In this document: positions 52,415-63,405 of the stretch, one piece after another | How the letters are laid out: each line of letters opens with the position of its first letter | How positions within the stretch are numbered: the first letter of the stretch is position 1 | Source: an uncultured Pelagibacteraceae bacterium | Lineage (GTDB): Bacteria; Pseudomonadota; Alphaproteobacteria; Pelagibacterales; Pelagibacteraceae | Reading direction: 5' to 3' | Assembly: GCA_902568235.1 (NCBI GenBank) | Contig: CACFPS010000004.1 | Location: 29,217-93,216 of the forward strand | Length of the DNA: 64,000 nucleotides | Translations under genes and position numbers: made by a program | Notes under the pieces: generated by a model | Databases searched by the model: none | Told to the model about the DNA's origin: nothing | The model's input: only the letters and a program-made list of their open reading frames with translations

Positions 52415-53746
52415 TTAAACTATCGATCTTTTTACAATATTTACACATTTATTAAGTAATGCTTTATTTTCTGTTTCACACATAATTCTTATTTTGGACT
52501 CTGTACCTGACCTTCTAACCAACATTCTACCATTGCTTTTAATAATTTTGTTTGCAAATCTTATTGCCTTTCTACATTTAGGTGTATCTATTATAGATTT
52601 ATCTTCAACATTTATATTTTCTAATAATTGGGGAGTTGGTTTAAAATTATTAAATAATTCACTCGCTTTTTTTCCTTTTCTCATTGAAAAAAGTACTTCT
52701 AAGGCAACGAGCAATCCGTCTCCTGTAGTTGCAAATTTACCTAAGATAATGTGCCCTGATTGTTCGCCACCTAAATTAAATTTATTTTTTTTCATCATTT
52801 CTTTTACATATCTATCTCCTACATTTGAACGTAAAAATTTTATTTTATTAATTTTAAAAAAATTTTCTAAGCCATAATTAGACATTAAAGTTCCAACAAC
52901 ACCTCCCTTAAGAATTTTTTTTCTTTTCCATCTCTCCGCAAGCATGGCAATTATTTTATCTCCATCAATGACGTTGCTTCTTTCATCACATATAATAATT
53001 CTATCTGCATCACCATCCAAAGAAATTCCGATATCTGCTTTAGTTTTTTTAGTTAAATTTTTAATTTTGTTCGGGTAAGTTGAGCCACAATTATAATTAA
53101 TATTTAAGCCATTTGGAACTGTGCCCGTCTCATACACCACTGCTCCAAGTGATCTAAGTAGCTTAGGTCCAGCTTTGTATGCTGCTCCATTGGCACAATC
53201 AATGGCTATGCTTAACCTTTTAAGGCTAAATGAAGATGGGAAATTTTTTTTTAAAATTTCTATATATTTATCAGTACCATCCTCTAATCTTTTAACTCTA
53301 CCAAGATTTTTTGCTTCTGAAAGATTATTTATTATTTTAGTATCTATTAATTTTTCAATTTTTTTTTCTATTTTGTCAGATAATTTAAGACCATCAGGAC
53401 CAAATAATTTTAGTCCATTATCATAGTATTGATTATGCGATGCAGTAATCATTATACCCATATTTGCCTTCATTTTTTTTGTTAACATGGCCAAACCATT
53501 AGTTGGCAAAGGTCCAAAAGTGAAAACATGCATCCCGGCAGAAGCTAAACCTGATACTAGCGCAGGTTCCAGCGTATACCCTGAAAGTCTTGTATCTTTA
53601 GCAATTATTGCCGTTTGTTTGTTTTTTTTTAAATTTTTGAAATATGTTCCTGCGGCTAATCCAAATTTAAAGAACATTTCACCATTAATTTTGTCTTGGT
53701 TTACTTTGCCTCTTATTCCATCAGTTCCAAAATATTTTTTACTCAT
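52415..53746 (-). CDS. glmM: phosphoglucosamine mutase
   Basis: FGTDGIRG, TASHN, DGDADR, GGEQSGH, RSGTE. Confidence 0.98.
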   Translation of the reverse strand: MSKKYFGTDGIRGKVNQDKINGEMFFKFGLAAGTYFKNLKKNKQTAIIAKDTRLSGYTLEPALVSGLASAGMHVFTFGPLPTNGLAMLTKKMKANMGIMITASHNQYYDNGLKLFGPDGLKLSDKIEKKIEKLIDTKIINNLSEAKNLGRVKRLEDGTDKYIEILKKNFPSSFSLKRLSIAIDCANGAAYKAGPKLLRSLGAVVYETGTVPNGLNINYNCGSTYPNKIKNLTKKTKADIGISLDGDADRIIICDERSNVIDGDKIIAMLAERWKRKKILKGGVVGTLMSNYGLENFFKINKIKFLRSNVGDRYVKEMMKKNKFNLGGEQSGHIILGKFATTGDGLLVALEVLFSMRKGKKASELFNNFKPTPQLLENINVEDKSIIDTPKCRKAIRFANKIIKSNGRMLVRRSGTESKIRIMCETENKALLNKCVNIVKRSIV

Positions 53747-54798
53747 TAATTAAAATTTAATTTTTTAAATACTTTAAGCGCTTGTTTAACTTCATTAACG
53801 TCATGGACTCTTAAAATTTGAACACCTTTTAAAGCAGAGAATATGCATGCAGATACTGTTCCGCCAATTCTTTCTTTGCTATCATTTGATCCCGACATAT
53901 CTCTAATAAATTTTTTTCTAGACAAACCTAACATTATTGGAAAACCTAATGAGTGAAAAATAGAAATTTGGCTAATAAGAGTAATATTATGTTTCAAATT
54001 TTTTCCAAAACCAATTCCTGGATCTAAAATTATATTATTGTGTTTTATTCCCATTTTTCTTATTAAATGCAGTTTTTCTTCAAAAAAGTCGTATATATCA
54101 AGAAGAACATGTTTGTAGTTTGGTCTTACCTGCATTGTTTTTGGAGTTCCCTTCATATGATGTAAGACAAATGGAATTTTAGAATTTTTAAGAAAATTAA
54201 TTGTATTTTCATCATAATTAAGTCCTGAAACATCATTAATTAGATTTATTTTATAAGACAAACTTTTTTTCATTATTAAACTTTTTCTCGTATCCAAGGA
54301 AATAAAGCAATTTTTCTTGCTTAAATATTTTATTACAGATCTTAATCTATTCCATTCTACATTTGTTGATATATCTTTTGCTCCTGGCCTTGTTGATTCC
54401 CCGCCTATATCAATTATATCTGCTCCATCATTTAAAAGTTTTTTTATATGGGCTTTGGCTAATTTTTTTTTATTAAATTTGGCACCATCAGAAAAGCTAT
54501 CTGGAGTTACATTCAAGATACCCATTATTATAGGACTATTTTTAAAATTCAAATTTAAAAAATTCTTTTTTTTAGTAATATTTTTTAAATCATTGTAAAC
54601 TTTTTTTTTTAAAATTTTTGGAAGTTTATTAATTTTTTTAATATTAATTTTTTTTTTTTTATTTCTAGAAAAAATTTCAATATAATCAAATGATATTAAT
54701 GGATCTCCATTTAAAGGTAGTGAGTTTTTAAGTTTAACTTTTTTTTTTGAAACTTTTCCAAAATAAAAATTACACGCTCTTGTGTAATAATTATTCAT
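53746..54798 (-). CDS. folP: dihydropteroate synthase with an N-terminal extension
   Basis: MGILNVTPDSFSDG, GGESTRPG, DPGIGFGK, SRK, RVHDV. Confidence 0.96.
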   Translation of the reverse strand: MNNYYTRACNFYFGKVSKKKVKLKNSLPLNGDPLISFDYIEIFSRNKKKKINIKKINKLPKILKKKVYNDLKNITKKKNFLNLNFKNSPIIMGILNVTPDSFSDGAKFNKKKLAKAHIKKLLNDGADIIDIGGESTRPGAKDISTNVEWNRLRSVIKYLSKKNCFISLDTRKSLIMKKSLSYKINLINDVSGLNYDENTINFLKNSKIPFVLHHMKGTPKTMQVRPNYKHVLLDIYDFFEEKLHLIRKMGIKHNNIILDPGIGFGKNLKHNITLISQISIFHSLGFPIMLGLSRKKFIRDMSGSNDSKERIGGTVSACIFSALKGVQILRVHDVNEVKQALKVFKKLNFN

Positions 54799-54803
54799 TT
54801 ATA

Positions 54804-56696
54804 TTAGTGAACTATCTTTGGCTTAAGACCTATCGAACCAAGAGCTGATCCTTGATCATCTTCTTCAACTTTTAAATCCTCTTTATTTTTTGGGAATATA
54901 TTTTTATTTATAAGTTCCTCAATTTCAAAGCCTGTCAGTGTTTCGTATACTAATAACGCTTTTGCAAGTTTGTGTAGATCGTCAATCTTATCTGTAAGAA
55001 CTTTTTTAGCTCTTTCATAACCCTTTTCAACGATTTTTCGTATTTCATTATCAACTTTTCTAGCAGTTTCTTCTGACATATTTTGTTGTCTTGCAACTGA
55101 TCTACCTAAAAATACTTCTTCTTCATTTTCGCCATAAGCTATTGGTCCCAATTCTTTGCTCAATCCTGCTCTCATAACCATTGCTCTAGCTCTTTTAGTT
55201 GCTTGCTCAATGTCACTTGCGGCACCAGTTGTTACTTTATCTTCACCAAAAATGATTTCCTCTGCTACTCTGCCTCCCATAGCAATTGCCATCTGTGCAT
55301 GTAATTGTTCTCTTGTTTGCGATACCTCATCTCTTTCAGGTAATTGCATTACCATTCCAAGAGCTCTTCCTCTAGGAATTATTGTAGCTTTATGTATTGG
55401 GTAGGCTGCTTTTTCATTAATTGTAACTATAGCGTGACCTGCCTCATGGTAAGCTGTAAGTTTTTTCTCTTCTTCTGTCATAACCATTGATCTTCTTTCG
55501 GCTCCCATCATTACTTTATCTTTAGCCTCTTCAAATTCTTGGTATGTTACAATTCTTTTGTTTTTTCTTGCAGCAAGCAGGGCGGCTTCATTTACTAAAT
55601 TTGCTAAATCAGCACCTGAAAAACCAGGCGTGCCCCTTGCTATCGTTCTTAAGTTAACATCAGGCGCCATAGAGATCTTTTTAGCATGAACTTTTAGAAT
55701 TTTTTCTCTTCCGAGTATATCGGGATTTGAGACAACGACTTGTCTATCAAATCTACCTGGTCTTAATAAAGCTGGATCAAGAACATCCGGTCTGTTTGTT
55801 GCAGCTATTATTATTACTCCTTCGTTTGTATCAAAACCATCCATTTCAACTAATAGTTGGTTTAATGTTTGTTCTCTTTCATCGTTTCCGCCCCCTAAAC
55901 CGGCGCCTCTACTTCTTCCTACCGCATCTATCTCATCAATGAAAATTATGCACGGGGAATGTTTTTTTCCTTGCTCAAACATATCTCTAACTCTTGAAGC
56001 TCCAACACCAACAAACATCTCAACAAAATCTGAACCTGAAATTGTAAAAAACGGAACTCCAGCTTCACCTGCTATGGCTCTAGCTAATAAAGTTTTTCCT
56101 GTTCCTGGAGGTCCAACAAGTAGGCATCCTTTTGGAATTTTCCCACCTAATCTACTATACTTTCTAGGATCTTTTAAAAATTCTACAACTTCTTCAACTT
56201 CCTCTTTTGCTTCCTCTATTCCAGCAACATCATTAAAAGTAACCTTTCCTTTTAATTCATTCATCATTTTTGCTTTTGATCTTCCAAAACCCATAGCGCC
56301 ACCTTTTCCTCCTTGCATTTGTCTCATAAAGAAAATCCAGACTGCTATTAGCAATAACATTGGAAACCAAGATAACAATATTCCAAATAATGATGGCATT
56401 TTTTCCTCTAAAGGGCTAGCTGATATGCTCACACCTTTACTGCTTAACTTTTGTATTAAATTTGGATCATCAGGTGCATACGTTATAAATTGTTCCCCGT
56501 CGGATAAAACTCCTTTAATATTTTTACCTTGTATTTCAACTCTAACAACTCTTCCGTTATCCACCTCTGATAAAAATTCTGAAAAAATAATATTTTTATT
56601 TTGACCGACAGACCTTTGCGGATTTTTGAACATATTGTATAGTCCAATTGTTAATAGGACTATAATTCCCCACATTGCTAAATTTTTGAAATTCAT
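54804..56696 (-). CDS. ftsH: ATP-dependent zinc metalloprotease FtsH
   Basis: Two TMs, [24 protein letters not shown]. Confidence 0.99.
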   Translation of the reverse strand: MNFKNLAMWGIIVLLTIGLYNMFKNPQRSVGQNKNIIFSEFLSEVDNGRVVRVEIQGKNIKGVLSDGEQFITYAPDDPNLIQKLSSKGVSISASPLEEKMPSLFGILLSWFPMLLLIAVWIFFMRQMQGGKGGAMGFGRSKAKMMNELKGKVTFNDVAGIEEAKEEVEEVVEFLKDPRKYSRLGGKIPKGCLLVGPPGTGKTLLARAIAGEAGVPFFTISGSDFVEMFVGVGASRVRDMFEQGKKHSPCIIFIDEIDAVGRSRGAGLGGGNDEREQTLNQLLVEMDGFDTNEGVIIIAATNRPDVLDPALLRPGRFDRQVVVSNPDILGREKILKVHAKKISMAPDVNLRTIARGTPGFSGADLANLVNEAALLAARKNKRIVTYQEFEEAKDKVMMGAERRSMVMTEEEKKLTAYHEAGHAIVTINEKAAYPIHKATIIPRGRALGMVMQLPERDEVSQTREQLHAQMAIAMGGRVAEEIIFGEDKVTTGAASDIEQATKRARAMVMRAGLSKELGPIAYGENEEEVFLGRSVARQQNMSEETARKVDNEIRKIVEKGYERAKKVLTDKIDDLHKLAKALLVYETLTGFEIEELINKNIFPKNKEDLKVEEDDQGSALGSIGLKPKIVH

Positions 56697-56764
56697 AATT
56701 AGTATAAAGTAAGAATTATTATTGATTTAACAAGTGTCATTTTGTGCCAAAAACATCAATTTTT

Positions 56765-57814
56765 TTAATTTTCAGGGTAGATAATGGCAGAATTGTTAAT
56801 TTTCTCAATTATGCATCCTGAAAGCGTAAATTTTGATTTATTTTTTTTAGATTTTAGTCTAGTTAATAGAGTTGTCAATTTACTACCTCTGGTAAAATTT
56901 GGCCTATTCCCAATTGTTGTAATTAATTCATTTAGCGATCTTAATACAATTTCATTAGGTTGTTTAAAAAACTCTTCTTTAATTATGATAGTTTTTTTCT
57001 TTAGGAAATATTTTGAATTTTGAATTATATTCTGTCTAACATAAAATTCAATTGACTCATTAGTTGAATGAAGATTGTCTATAGTGCGCTTTAGTTTTTT
57101 AAAATTTAAACCTTCTTTAACAGATTGATCAATTAAATTTCTAAGTCTAATTCTTAAGAAAATTTCATTTTCATTTGATGGATCATTAATATAAAATTTA
57201 AAAGTATTATTTGTTACATAAAATAAATCATTTTTTGTTAGACTTAAAAGTGGTCTTACAATATGAACATTGCTATTCTTTTTTATATTATTTTTTATTT
57301 TTGAAAAAGATGAAAGCCCTTTTAAGCCTGAACCTCTAAATAATCTAATAAAAAAATTTTCATACAAATCATTTTCATGATGGGCCGTTAATATAATATT
57401 AATTTTTTTTTTATTACATTTGTTAAAAATTAAGTCATATCTTCCTTCTCTGGCTTTAGACTGAATATTTGAATTAATATTATTTTTAATAAGATCCAAA
57501 ATCTCACAATCTATTCCAAATTTTTTTAGAGTATTTCTAGTTTTTTTTGCCTCTAAGGACGACTCCGGCCTCAACTTGTGATCTACAGTACAAAAATAAA
57601 TTTGAGTATTTTCTGTGATTGAAAAGCACTTTGATAAGAAAGCTAAAGCTATACTGTCTGGTCCACCAGATATTGCAACACAAAATTTATCGGATTTATA
57701 TTTTTGTATATTTTCTTTAAATTTAAAATAAATTTTTCTGATTTTGGGATTTTTTAATTTATCTAAATAAAAGTTACGAATTATTTTTTTTGCACTCAAA
57801 TTTTTTCTCTTCAT
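56765..57814 (-). CDS. tilS: tRNA(Ile)-lysidine synthetase
   Basis: PP-loop SGGPDS, VDH.LR, AR..RY, AHH..D, RPLL, DPSN. Start at 57814 chosen; uncertain. Confidence 0.93.
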   Translation of the reverse strand: MKRKNLSAKKIIRNFYLDKLKNPKIRKIYFKFKENIQKYKSDKFCVAISGGPDSIALAFLSKCFSITENTQIYFCTVDHKLRPESSLEAKKTRNTLKKFGIDCEILDLIKNNINSNIQSKAREGRYDLIFNKCNKKKINIILTAHHENDLYENFFIRLFRGSGLKGLSSFSKIKNNIKKNSNVHIVRPLLSLTKNDLFYVTNNTFKFYINDPSNENEIFLRIRLRNLIDQSVKEGLNFKKLKRTIDNLHSTNESIEFYVRQNIIQNSKYFLKKKTIIIKEEFFKQPNEIVLRSLNELITTIGNRPNFTRGSKLTTLLTRLKSKKNKSKFTLSGCIIEKINNSAIIYPEN

Positions 57815-58772
57815 ATTTTGCTTTTTGAAGCACTGATTGAGTGGCATCTGGATATTGCTTCACTACACCCGCAATCATTAAGCAACCCTGGTCTTTCTCT
57901 CCTATCTGTACCAAGGATACTCCAAGTTTTAATAAATTTATAGGTGCCTTTTCACTTTTTGGATATTTTTGATATCCTTCCAAATATGCTGATGCGGCAT
58001 CTGTATATAGCTGACGTATTCTAAATGTTTCAGCATACCAATATTGAGCATTGCCAGATAATTCATCTTCTGGATTTGTTTCAACAAATTCTCTAAATGC
58101 TCTTTCTGCCATATTGTAGTCCCCTACTTTTAAGAAACTTGTTGCAAATTCATACTGATCTTTTGGACTACCTTCTGGCAAAATTTTTTCCTCTGATTTA
58201 AAAACTTCTGTAACGATACTTTTAGTAGATTCAACTGATTGAATAGACTGAGTATCATTTTTATCCGTCATATCTTTATATGAAATTGTACCAAGATCCT
58301 GTGGTTGTGACGATCCAGGTAAAATTTTATTATCATTATTTTCTGATTTAGGTAAAGATGATACATGGCTCTCATTTATTTCAGCTTTGCTTGAATTATC
58401 TTCTAATTGTTGAAAGCGCATTTGATTATCTGCTTGTACCTTGGATAGTCTTGAGGATAGTTTGTCTAATTTAAAATTTACTTCCTCATATTTATTAGTT
58501 AATTCTTGAAATTGTTTTTCAATTTCAGATAATTTTAATAAGTGTCTAGTTAAAATATCCTCAGTTTCTTGACTGGAAATAGTTTTTGAATTTTTATTAC
58601 TTGATTCTTTAGAAAAAGACTCTGAGTAAACAGCTCTCTCTAGTGTTCTTAAATCTTTTTGAATAGTATCAAGTAATGATTTAATTTCAAAATCTTCCGA
58701 TTGAGTTAGTGGAATAAGAAATAAAAAATTTAAAAAAATATAAAAAAATATTTTACTTAAATAATTCAGCAT
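57774..58772 (-). CDS. cpoB: Tol-Pal system protein CpoB (YbgF)
   Basis: Signal peptide, coiled coil, C-terminal TPRs (NAQYWYAE, KAP..LLKLG); follows pal. Confidence 0.9.
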   Translation of the reverse strand: MLNYLSKIFFYIFLNFLFLIPLTQSEDFEIKSLLDTIQKDLRTLERAVYSESFSKESSNKNSKTISSQETEDILTRHLLKLSEIEKQFQELTNKYEEVNFKLDKLSSRLSKVQADNQMRFQQLEDNSSKAEINESHVSSLPKSENNDNKILPGSSQPQDLGTISYKDMTDKNDTQSIQSVESTKSIVTEVFKSEEKILPEGSPKDQYEFATSFLKVGDYNMAERAFREFVETNPEDELSGNAQYWYAETFRIRQLYTDAASAYLEGYQKYPKSEKAPINLLKLGVSLVQIGEKDQGCLMIAGVVKQYPDATQSVLQKAKYEEKKFECKKNNS

Positions 58773-58799
58773 TTTTTTATTTCTAATTATAATGATGGC

Positions 58800-58847
58800 A
58801 AAAAAAAGACCCTATATATCTATATATAATGATTTACAGGGTCTTTT
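58800..58847 (-). terminator. intrinsic terminator after pal
   Basis: Minus strand AAAAGACCCUGUA...UAUAGGGUCUUUUUUUU. Confidence 0.75.
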
Positions 58848-58859
58848 ATTTAATTTTTA

Positions 58860-59354
58860 TTAGTTGGCTTTTACTGTCACTGATCTTCTATTTTTAGACC
58901 AAGATAGTGGATTTGAACCAGAGTCTACTGGTCTCTCTTTTCCATAACTAATTATTGAAATTCTGTCAGCAGATATTCCATAAGTGATCAAATAATCTTT
59001 AGCAGAATTTGCTCTTCTTTCACCTAATGCTAAATTGTATTCCCTTGTGCCTCTTTCATCGGCATGGCCTTCGATCACAATGTTAATATTTGAATTATCT
59101 CTTAACCAAGCCGCTTGTTTTCTTAATGTGTCTCTTGACTTAGTTGTTAAAATTGATTCATTTGTAGCAAAGAAAACTCTATCTGGAACACCTTTTGCTA
59201 ATTCTTTAACTGTATCAGATCCAATATAAACATCGCCCTGGATTTGACCGTCTATACTACTCGATGTTGTAGTCTTTTTTGTTGCACAGGCTGATACAAC
59301 CATACTTAATAGGATAACTAGAAAAGTATTTCTTAAAATTTTTCTTAAACTCAT
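58860..59354 (-). CDS. pal: peptidoglycan-associated lipoprotein
   Basis: Lipobox VSAC; EGHADERGTREYNLALGERRA; SYGKERP. Confidence 0.98.
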   Translation of the reverse strand: MSLRKILRNTFLVILLSMVVSACATKKTTTSSSIDGQIQGDVYIGSDTVKELAKGVPDRVFFATNESILTTKSRDTLRKQAAWLRDNSNINIVIEGHADERGTREYNLALGERRANSAKDYLITYGISADRISIISYGKERPVDSGSNPLSWSKNRRSVTVKAN

Positions 59355-59449
59355 TAATGCTCCTTAGTAATATTACAACTTATTTACAACAAATAGATGT
59401 TTCAAGCAAAAAAATCAACTTAATTTATTAATTTATTGTAAAAAAATAC

Positions 59450-60796
59450 CTAATTACTTAATAAAGATGACCAAGATGGGTCTGAGGCATCAGTTTCGGT
59501 TTCAACCAGTCTTTCATTATAACCAGTTAAATCTATAGACCAAAGTTTGGCACTAAATCCCTCTCCTTTATCATTTGATTTTGTTTCTCTATAAAAAATT
59601 AGCACCCTTCCATTTGGAGACCATGAAGGAGCTTCTTGATAGTAATTTTCAGTTAGTAGCCTTTCGCCCTTGCCGTCGGTTCTCATAACACCAATATAAA
59701 ATTTTCCCTTATGTAATTTTGTAAATGCTATTAAGTCTCCTCTTGGCGACCATGCTGGTGTACCATAAAGTCCCTTGCCAAAAGAAATTCTTTTTACGTT
59801 TGATCCATCACTTTTCATAATATAAATTTGCTGATAACCACTTCTATCTGAATTAAAAGTTATATATTTCCCATCTGGAGAAAATGATGGGGAAGTGTCT
59901 ATTGATGGATGATTTGTAATTCTTTCAACAATTCTATTTTCAATATCCATTGTAAAAATATCTGAATTACCATCTTTAGCAAAACTCATAATAATTTTTT
60001 TACCATCTGGAGAAAATCTTGGAGCAAATGTCATTCCAGGAAAATCTCCAACTACTTCTTGAATTCCCGTCTCAATATCTAACAAATAAACACGAGGAAG
60101 ATTTTTAAAGTAAGAAAGATAAGTTACCATTTGATTTGTTGGATTGAATCTTGGAGTTAAGACTAATTCGTTGCCTAGTGTTAAATATTTTGTATTAAAT
60201 CCATCTTGATCCATAATTGCGAGTTTTTTTATTCTTTGTGTCTTTGGTCCCTCTTCAGATACATAAATTATTCTTGTATCAAAATATCCTTTTTCTCCAG
60301 TCAGCCTCTCATAAACTTTGTCAGTAATTATATGTCCCACTCTCCTCCAATTACTTGGTACAGTAGTAAAAGCTAAAGCAAGCATTTCTCTGCCCGCAAG
60401 AACATCCCAAAGTCTGAATTCTACTTTTAATTTTTCTTTTTCAATCAATACTTTGCCGGTTATTAATGCTTGAGACTTAATTAAAGCCCAATCTTCAAAT
60501 CTTGGTTTTAAATGTGCTATATCAGGTTTTTGTAGAAAAGCATCCTTACTCAATGGATTAAAAAGTCCAGAAGTTTTTAAATTATTTTCAATCACTTTTG
60601 ATATTTCTGATCCTAAGTCTTCAATATTAAGTTCTTTCTTAAAATTCTTTTTAGACTTACTATCTTGAAATAAAGGAGATACTGCAATTGGTAAAGGTTT
60701 TAAATTTCCCCTTGTTATATCTACTTCAATTAACGCAAAAGATTTATTTGAATAAAATAATAATAATAAAATTATAAGTATTTTTAATTTATTCAT
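59450..60796 (-). CDS. tolB: Tol-Pal beta-propeller protein TolB
   Basis: PD40 repeats (PRFSPDG, PSFSPDG, PAWSPRG, PSWSPNG); GYFDTRI. Confidence 0.98.
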   Translation of the reverse strand: MNKLKILIILLLLFYSNKSFALIEVDITRGNLKPLPIAVSPLFQDSKSKKNFKKELNIEDLGSEISKVIENNLKTSGLFNPLSKDAFLQKPDIAHLKPRFEDWALIKSQALITGKVLIEKEKLKVEFRLWDVLAGREMLALAFTTVPSNWRRVGHIITDKVYERLTGEKGYFDTRIIYVSEEGPKTQRIKKLAIMDQDGFNTKYLTLGNELVLTPRFNPTNQMVTYLSYFKNLPRVYLLDIETGIQEVVGDFPGMTFAPRFSPDGKKIIMSFAKDGNSDIFTMDIENRIVERITNHPSIDTSPSFSPDGKYITFNSDRSGYQQIYIMKSDGSNVKRISFGKGLYGTPAWSPRGDLIAFTKLHKGKFYIGVMRTDGKGERLLTENYYQEAPSWSPNGRVLIFYRETKSNDKGEGFSAKLWSIDLTGYNERLVETETDASDPSWSSLLSN

Positions 60797-61764
60797 TATC
60801 CTCCTAACATTTCCCTAGCATCAAAGTTAAGTTGTAAGTTTTTCCATCTTTCATATCCACTTGTTGGCACTTTCAATGGTTGACATAATTGAATTGCTCT
60901 TAAAGCACTTTCTGCTAATACTTTATAAAAACCTTGTCCTGGCATATTCATTCTTGCGTGATCAAGTATTTCTGATTTAATCAATGTTCCATCTGGTTTT
61001 AATTTAAGTTTTATTCTCACTAATAAATTCTCATTATAAGGTAAACCCAAAGGAATGCTCCAACAACCAAAAATTTGAGCTTTAAGTGCGTCCTCTTCAC
61101 TTAAAGTGAGCTTAGAAAAATCCATTGAATTATCCTGTGATTGTGAAATTTTATCAGTTTTTTTATTAGTTTTTGCTAAATCTTCCTTTGATTTATCAAT
61201 TAAAGCGGCAATGCTGTTAGGATCAAAAATTTCTTCTTTTTCAAATTCTGAAACTTGCTTAGCATCTTGGTCTTCTATAACTGGTTTTTTCGTCTCAACA
61301 ATCTTCTTTAAAACATCATCGTTGATCTCTTTAGATGGTTTTTGCTTAGTTTCTTCCCGTATTTGAATCTCTTCTTTGTTTTGATCTGGTAGCGGAATTG
61401 CTTCTAATTTCTCTTTTTTTACATTTTCTTTATTATTTTCTGGAGTTGGTGTTTTTTTGGGTGTAATTTCAGAAATACTATCCTTTTTTTCTTCTATTTT
61501 TACTTTTTTATTTTGATCTTTTTTTATTTTTTTTGGTGGGGCCTGTTCAGATAATAGTTTTTGATTTTCCTCTTTTACTTTTTCAATTATTTTCTTTGCT
61601 TTTGGGGCAAATGGGATATTTGTTGTGTCGGATATCTGAATTAATTCTACAGAAACTAAAGGAGGAATATCTAAAGGCTTTTTTGCAATAAATGGAAGTG
61701 TTAACAAACTTAATAAAACAATAAACACATGAAAGCCTGATGAAATTAATAAGCTTTTGTACAC
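60796..61764 (-). CDS. tolA: TolA-like cell envelope integrity protein
   Basis: N-terminal TM with S..xH, a charged linker, and a C-terminal domain ([15 protein letters not shown]); GTG start. Confidence 0.88.
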   Translation of the reverse strand: MYKSLLISSGFHVFIVLLSLLTLPFIAKKPLDIPPLVSVELIQISDTTNIPFAPKAKKIIEKVKEENQKLLSEQAPPKKIKKDQNKKVKIEEKKDSISEITPKKTPTPENNKENVKKEKLEAIPLPDQNKEEIQIREETKQKPSKEINDDVLKKIVETKKPVIEDQDAKQVSEFEKEEIFDPNSIAALIDKSKEDLAKTNKKTDKISQSQDNSMDFSKLTLSEEDALKAQIFGCWSIPLGLPYNENLLVRIKLKLKPDGTLIKSEILDHARMNMPGQGFYKVLAESALRAIQLCQPLKVPTSGYERWKNLQLNFDAREMLGG

Positions 61765-61766
61765 TT

Positions 61767-62183
61767 CTATCTTTCTTTATAAGGCTCAGAAATTAAAGCT
61801 ACTTTAGTAAAACCCGAACCTGAAAGCATTCCCATAATCTCAAGAACTCTTCCATAATTGATTGTTTTATCACCACGTACATATATTCTAGTGTCTGTTC
61901 TATTATTTGAAACAGCAAGAATTTTTGCTATAATTTTTTCAAATTCAACTTTACTTTCTTGAATAAAAATTTCTCCTTTAGAGTTTATAGTTAAAGTTAA
62001 AGGCTCGTTCTCCTCTGGCAAGGTGTCTGCGGAAGTTTCGGGAAGATCAACTTGCACTCCAACAGTTAATAATGGTGCTGTTACCATAAAAATTATTAAT
62101 AAAACTAACATCACATCTACAAATGGTGTGACATTTATTTCACTAATAGGTTCTTTTTTTGAACTTTTAAAGTTAAAAGCCAT
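61767..62183 (-). CDS. tolR: TolR
   Basis: EINVTPFVDVMLVLLIIFMVTAP, RGD. Confidence 0.97.
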   Translation of the reverse strand: MAFNFKSSKKEPISEINVTPFVDVMLVLLIIFMVTAPLLTVGVQVDLPETSADTLPEENEPLTLTINSKGEIFIQESKVEFEKIIAKILAVSNNRTDTRIYVRGDKTINYGRVLEIMGMLSGSGFTKVALISEPYKER

Positions 62184-62184
62184 T

Positions 62185-62859
62185 TTAAATTATCGAAATA
62201 AATCTTTTGGAAAAGTTTTCTAATTTTTGTGAGTATTTTTTTGAGTCATTGGTGAATTTGTTGTAAGCAACCACTGCTGGAATTGCTGCTAGCAAACCCA
62301 ATGCTGTTGCAAATAATGCTTCTGCTATACCTGGCGCAACAATTGCTAGACTGGTGTTTCTTGAAATAGCAATTGACTGAAAGGAATTCATTATTCCCCA
62401 AACTGTACCGAACAATCCAATAAATGGAGCTGTAGATCCTACAGTAGCTAAAAAAGTATAATTTTTATCAATAATGCTCATTTGTTTTTCCAAATTTACT
62501 TCGAGTATTCCTGTTAATCTTTCGGATAAGTTGGATCTTGACCTTGCCTTCATCAAAGTTTGCATAGAATTTTTAAATAATTGCGCCATGGGATCATTTA
62601 AATTTGCAGGTAAGTTATTATAAAATGCTTCAGCTGATTTAGACTTCCAAAATTTTTCTTCGAATTCTTCTGCACTTTTATTAATTTTTCTAAACATATT
62701 TATTTTATCAAAAATAATTGCCCACGAGTAAACAGAGCTAGCGATTAAAATTACGATAACTGACTTTACTATAATGTCGGCTCTTAAAAACAAGCTGAGT
62801 ATTGAAAAGTCAGTGTTGCTAGCCAATCCTACGGCTTGAGAGGTAATATCTGCTTCCAT
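62185..62859 (-). CDS. tolQ: TolQ
   Basis: APFIGLFGTVWGIM, VAPGIAEALFATA.GL.AAIPA. Confidence 0.98.
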   Translation of the reverse strand: MEADITSQAVGLASNTDFSILSLFLRADIIVKSVIVILIASSVYSWAIIFDKINMFRKINKSAEEFEEKFWKSKSAEAFYNNLPANLNDPMAQLFKNSMQTLMKARSRSNLSERLTGILEVNLEKQMSIIDKNYTFLATVGSTAPFIGLFGTVWGIMNSFQSIAISRNTSLAIVAPGIAEALFATALGLLAAIPAVVAYNKFTNDSKKYSQKLENFSKRFISII

Positions 62860-62907
62860 TTAAATGATTTCTCACTAAAATGTGTCATCAATTTGTCTCT
62901 AAAAAAA

Positions 62908-63405
62908 TTAATAAATTTGTTTCTCCCTACTTTTTTCATAGAAACTTGCGATTAATATCGCATCAGCTTTATTTGCGTCTTTCTTCTTTGACAATAAATG
63001 TGAAATTTTTGGAAATATTTCAATAACTTTAGTTCTGCTTGCATCTTTAGCTGAATTGATCAAATCAAAGTATTTTTTCCATTTTGTAGGACGTACATAA
63101 AATATTGGTAATTGCATTGCAGCACATATACCTTTTATTGCCCCAAAAGATTGTCCAAAATTAAACATGCTTGTAACTCCTTGTCCTGGCATTGCAGAAA
63201 CTTGTTCCACAACTACACATATCTCCTCTTTAGAGTAGTTCTCTATTCTAGAGGATATCTCATGAAAAATCTGTCTACCATTTATCTGTTTTTTATTTTT
63301 TTTACCCTCTGACATAGTGGGCATATCCATAATATGTTTAACTTCACCTTTCTCAAAAAAACAAATGGCTCCAGAAATTCCAGGGTCAATTCCAATAATT
63401 AACAT
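62908..63405 (-). CDS. RuvC-fold Holliday junction resolvase, phage/MOC1-like subtype
   Basis: IGIDPG, VVVEQV.AMPGQGVTSMF.FG, P..WKK, KADAILIA; occupies the ruvC position. Confidence 0.8.
   Translation of the reverse strand: MLIIGIDPGISGAICFFEKGEVKHIMDMPTMSEGKKNKKQINGRQIFHEISSRIENYSKEEICVVVEQVSAMPGQGVTSMFNFGQSFGAIKGICAAMQLPIFYVRPTKWKKYFDLINSAKDASRTKVIEIFPKISHLLSKKKDANKADAILIASFYEKSREKQIY

Noticed and set aside
54540-54798. About 85-aa N-terminal extension on FolP as a fused FolK or novel domain
   Set aside because: No FolK motifs; it resembles the extension I recall on other alphaproteobacterial FolP proteins.
55939-56604. 221-aa plus-strand ORF, and similar short antisense ORFs over ppdK, glmM, pssA, recA and tolA
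   Set aside because: Fully antisense to conserved genes, Ser/Phe/Ile-rich, no motifs: shadow ORFs caused by codon bias.
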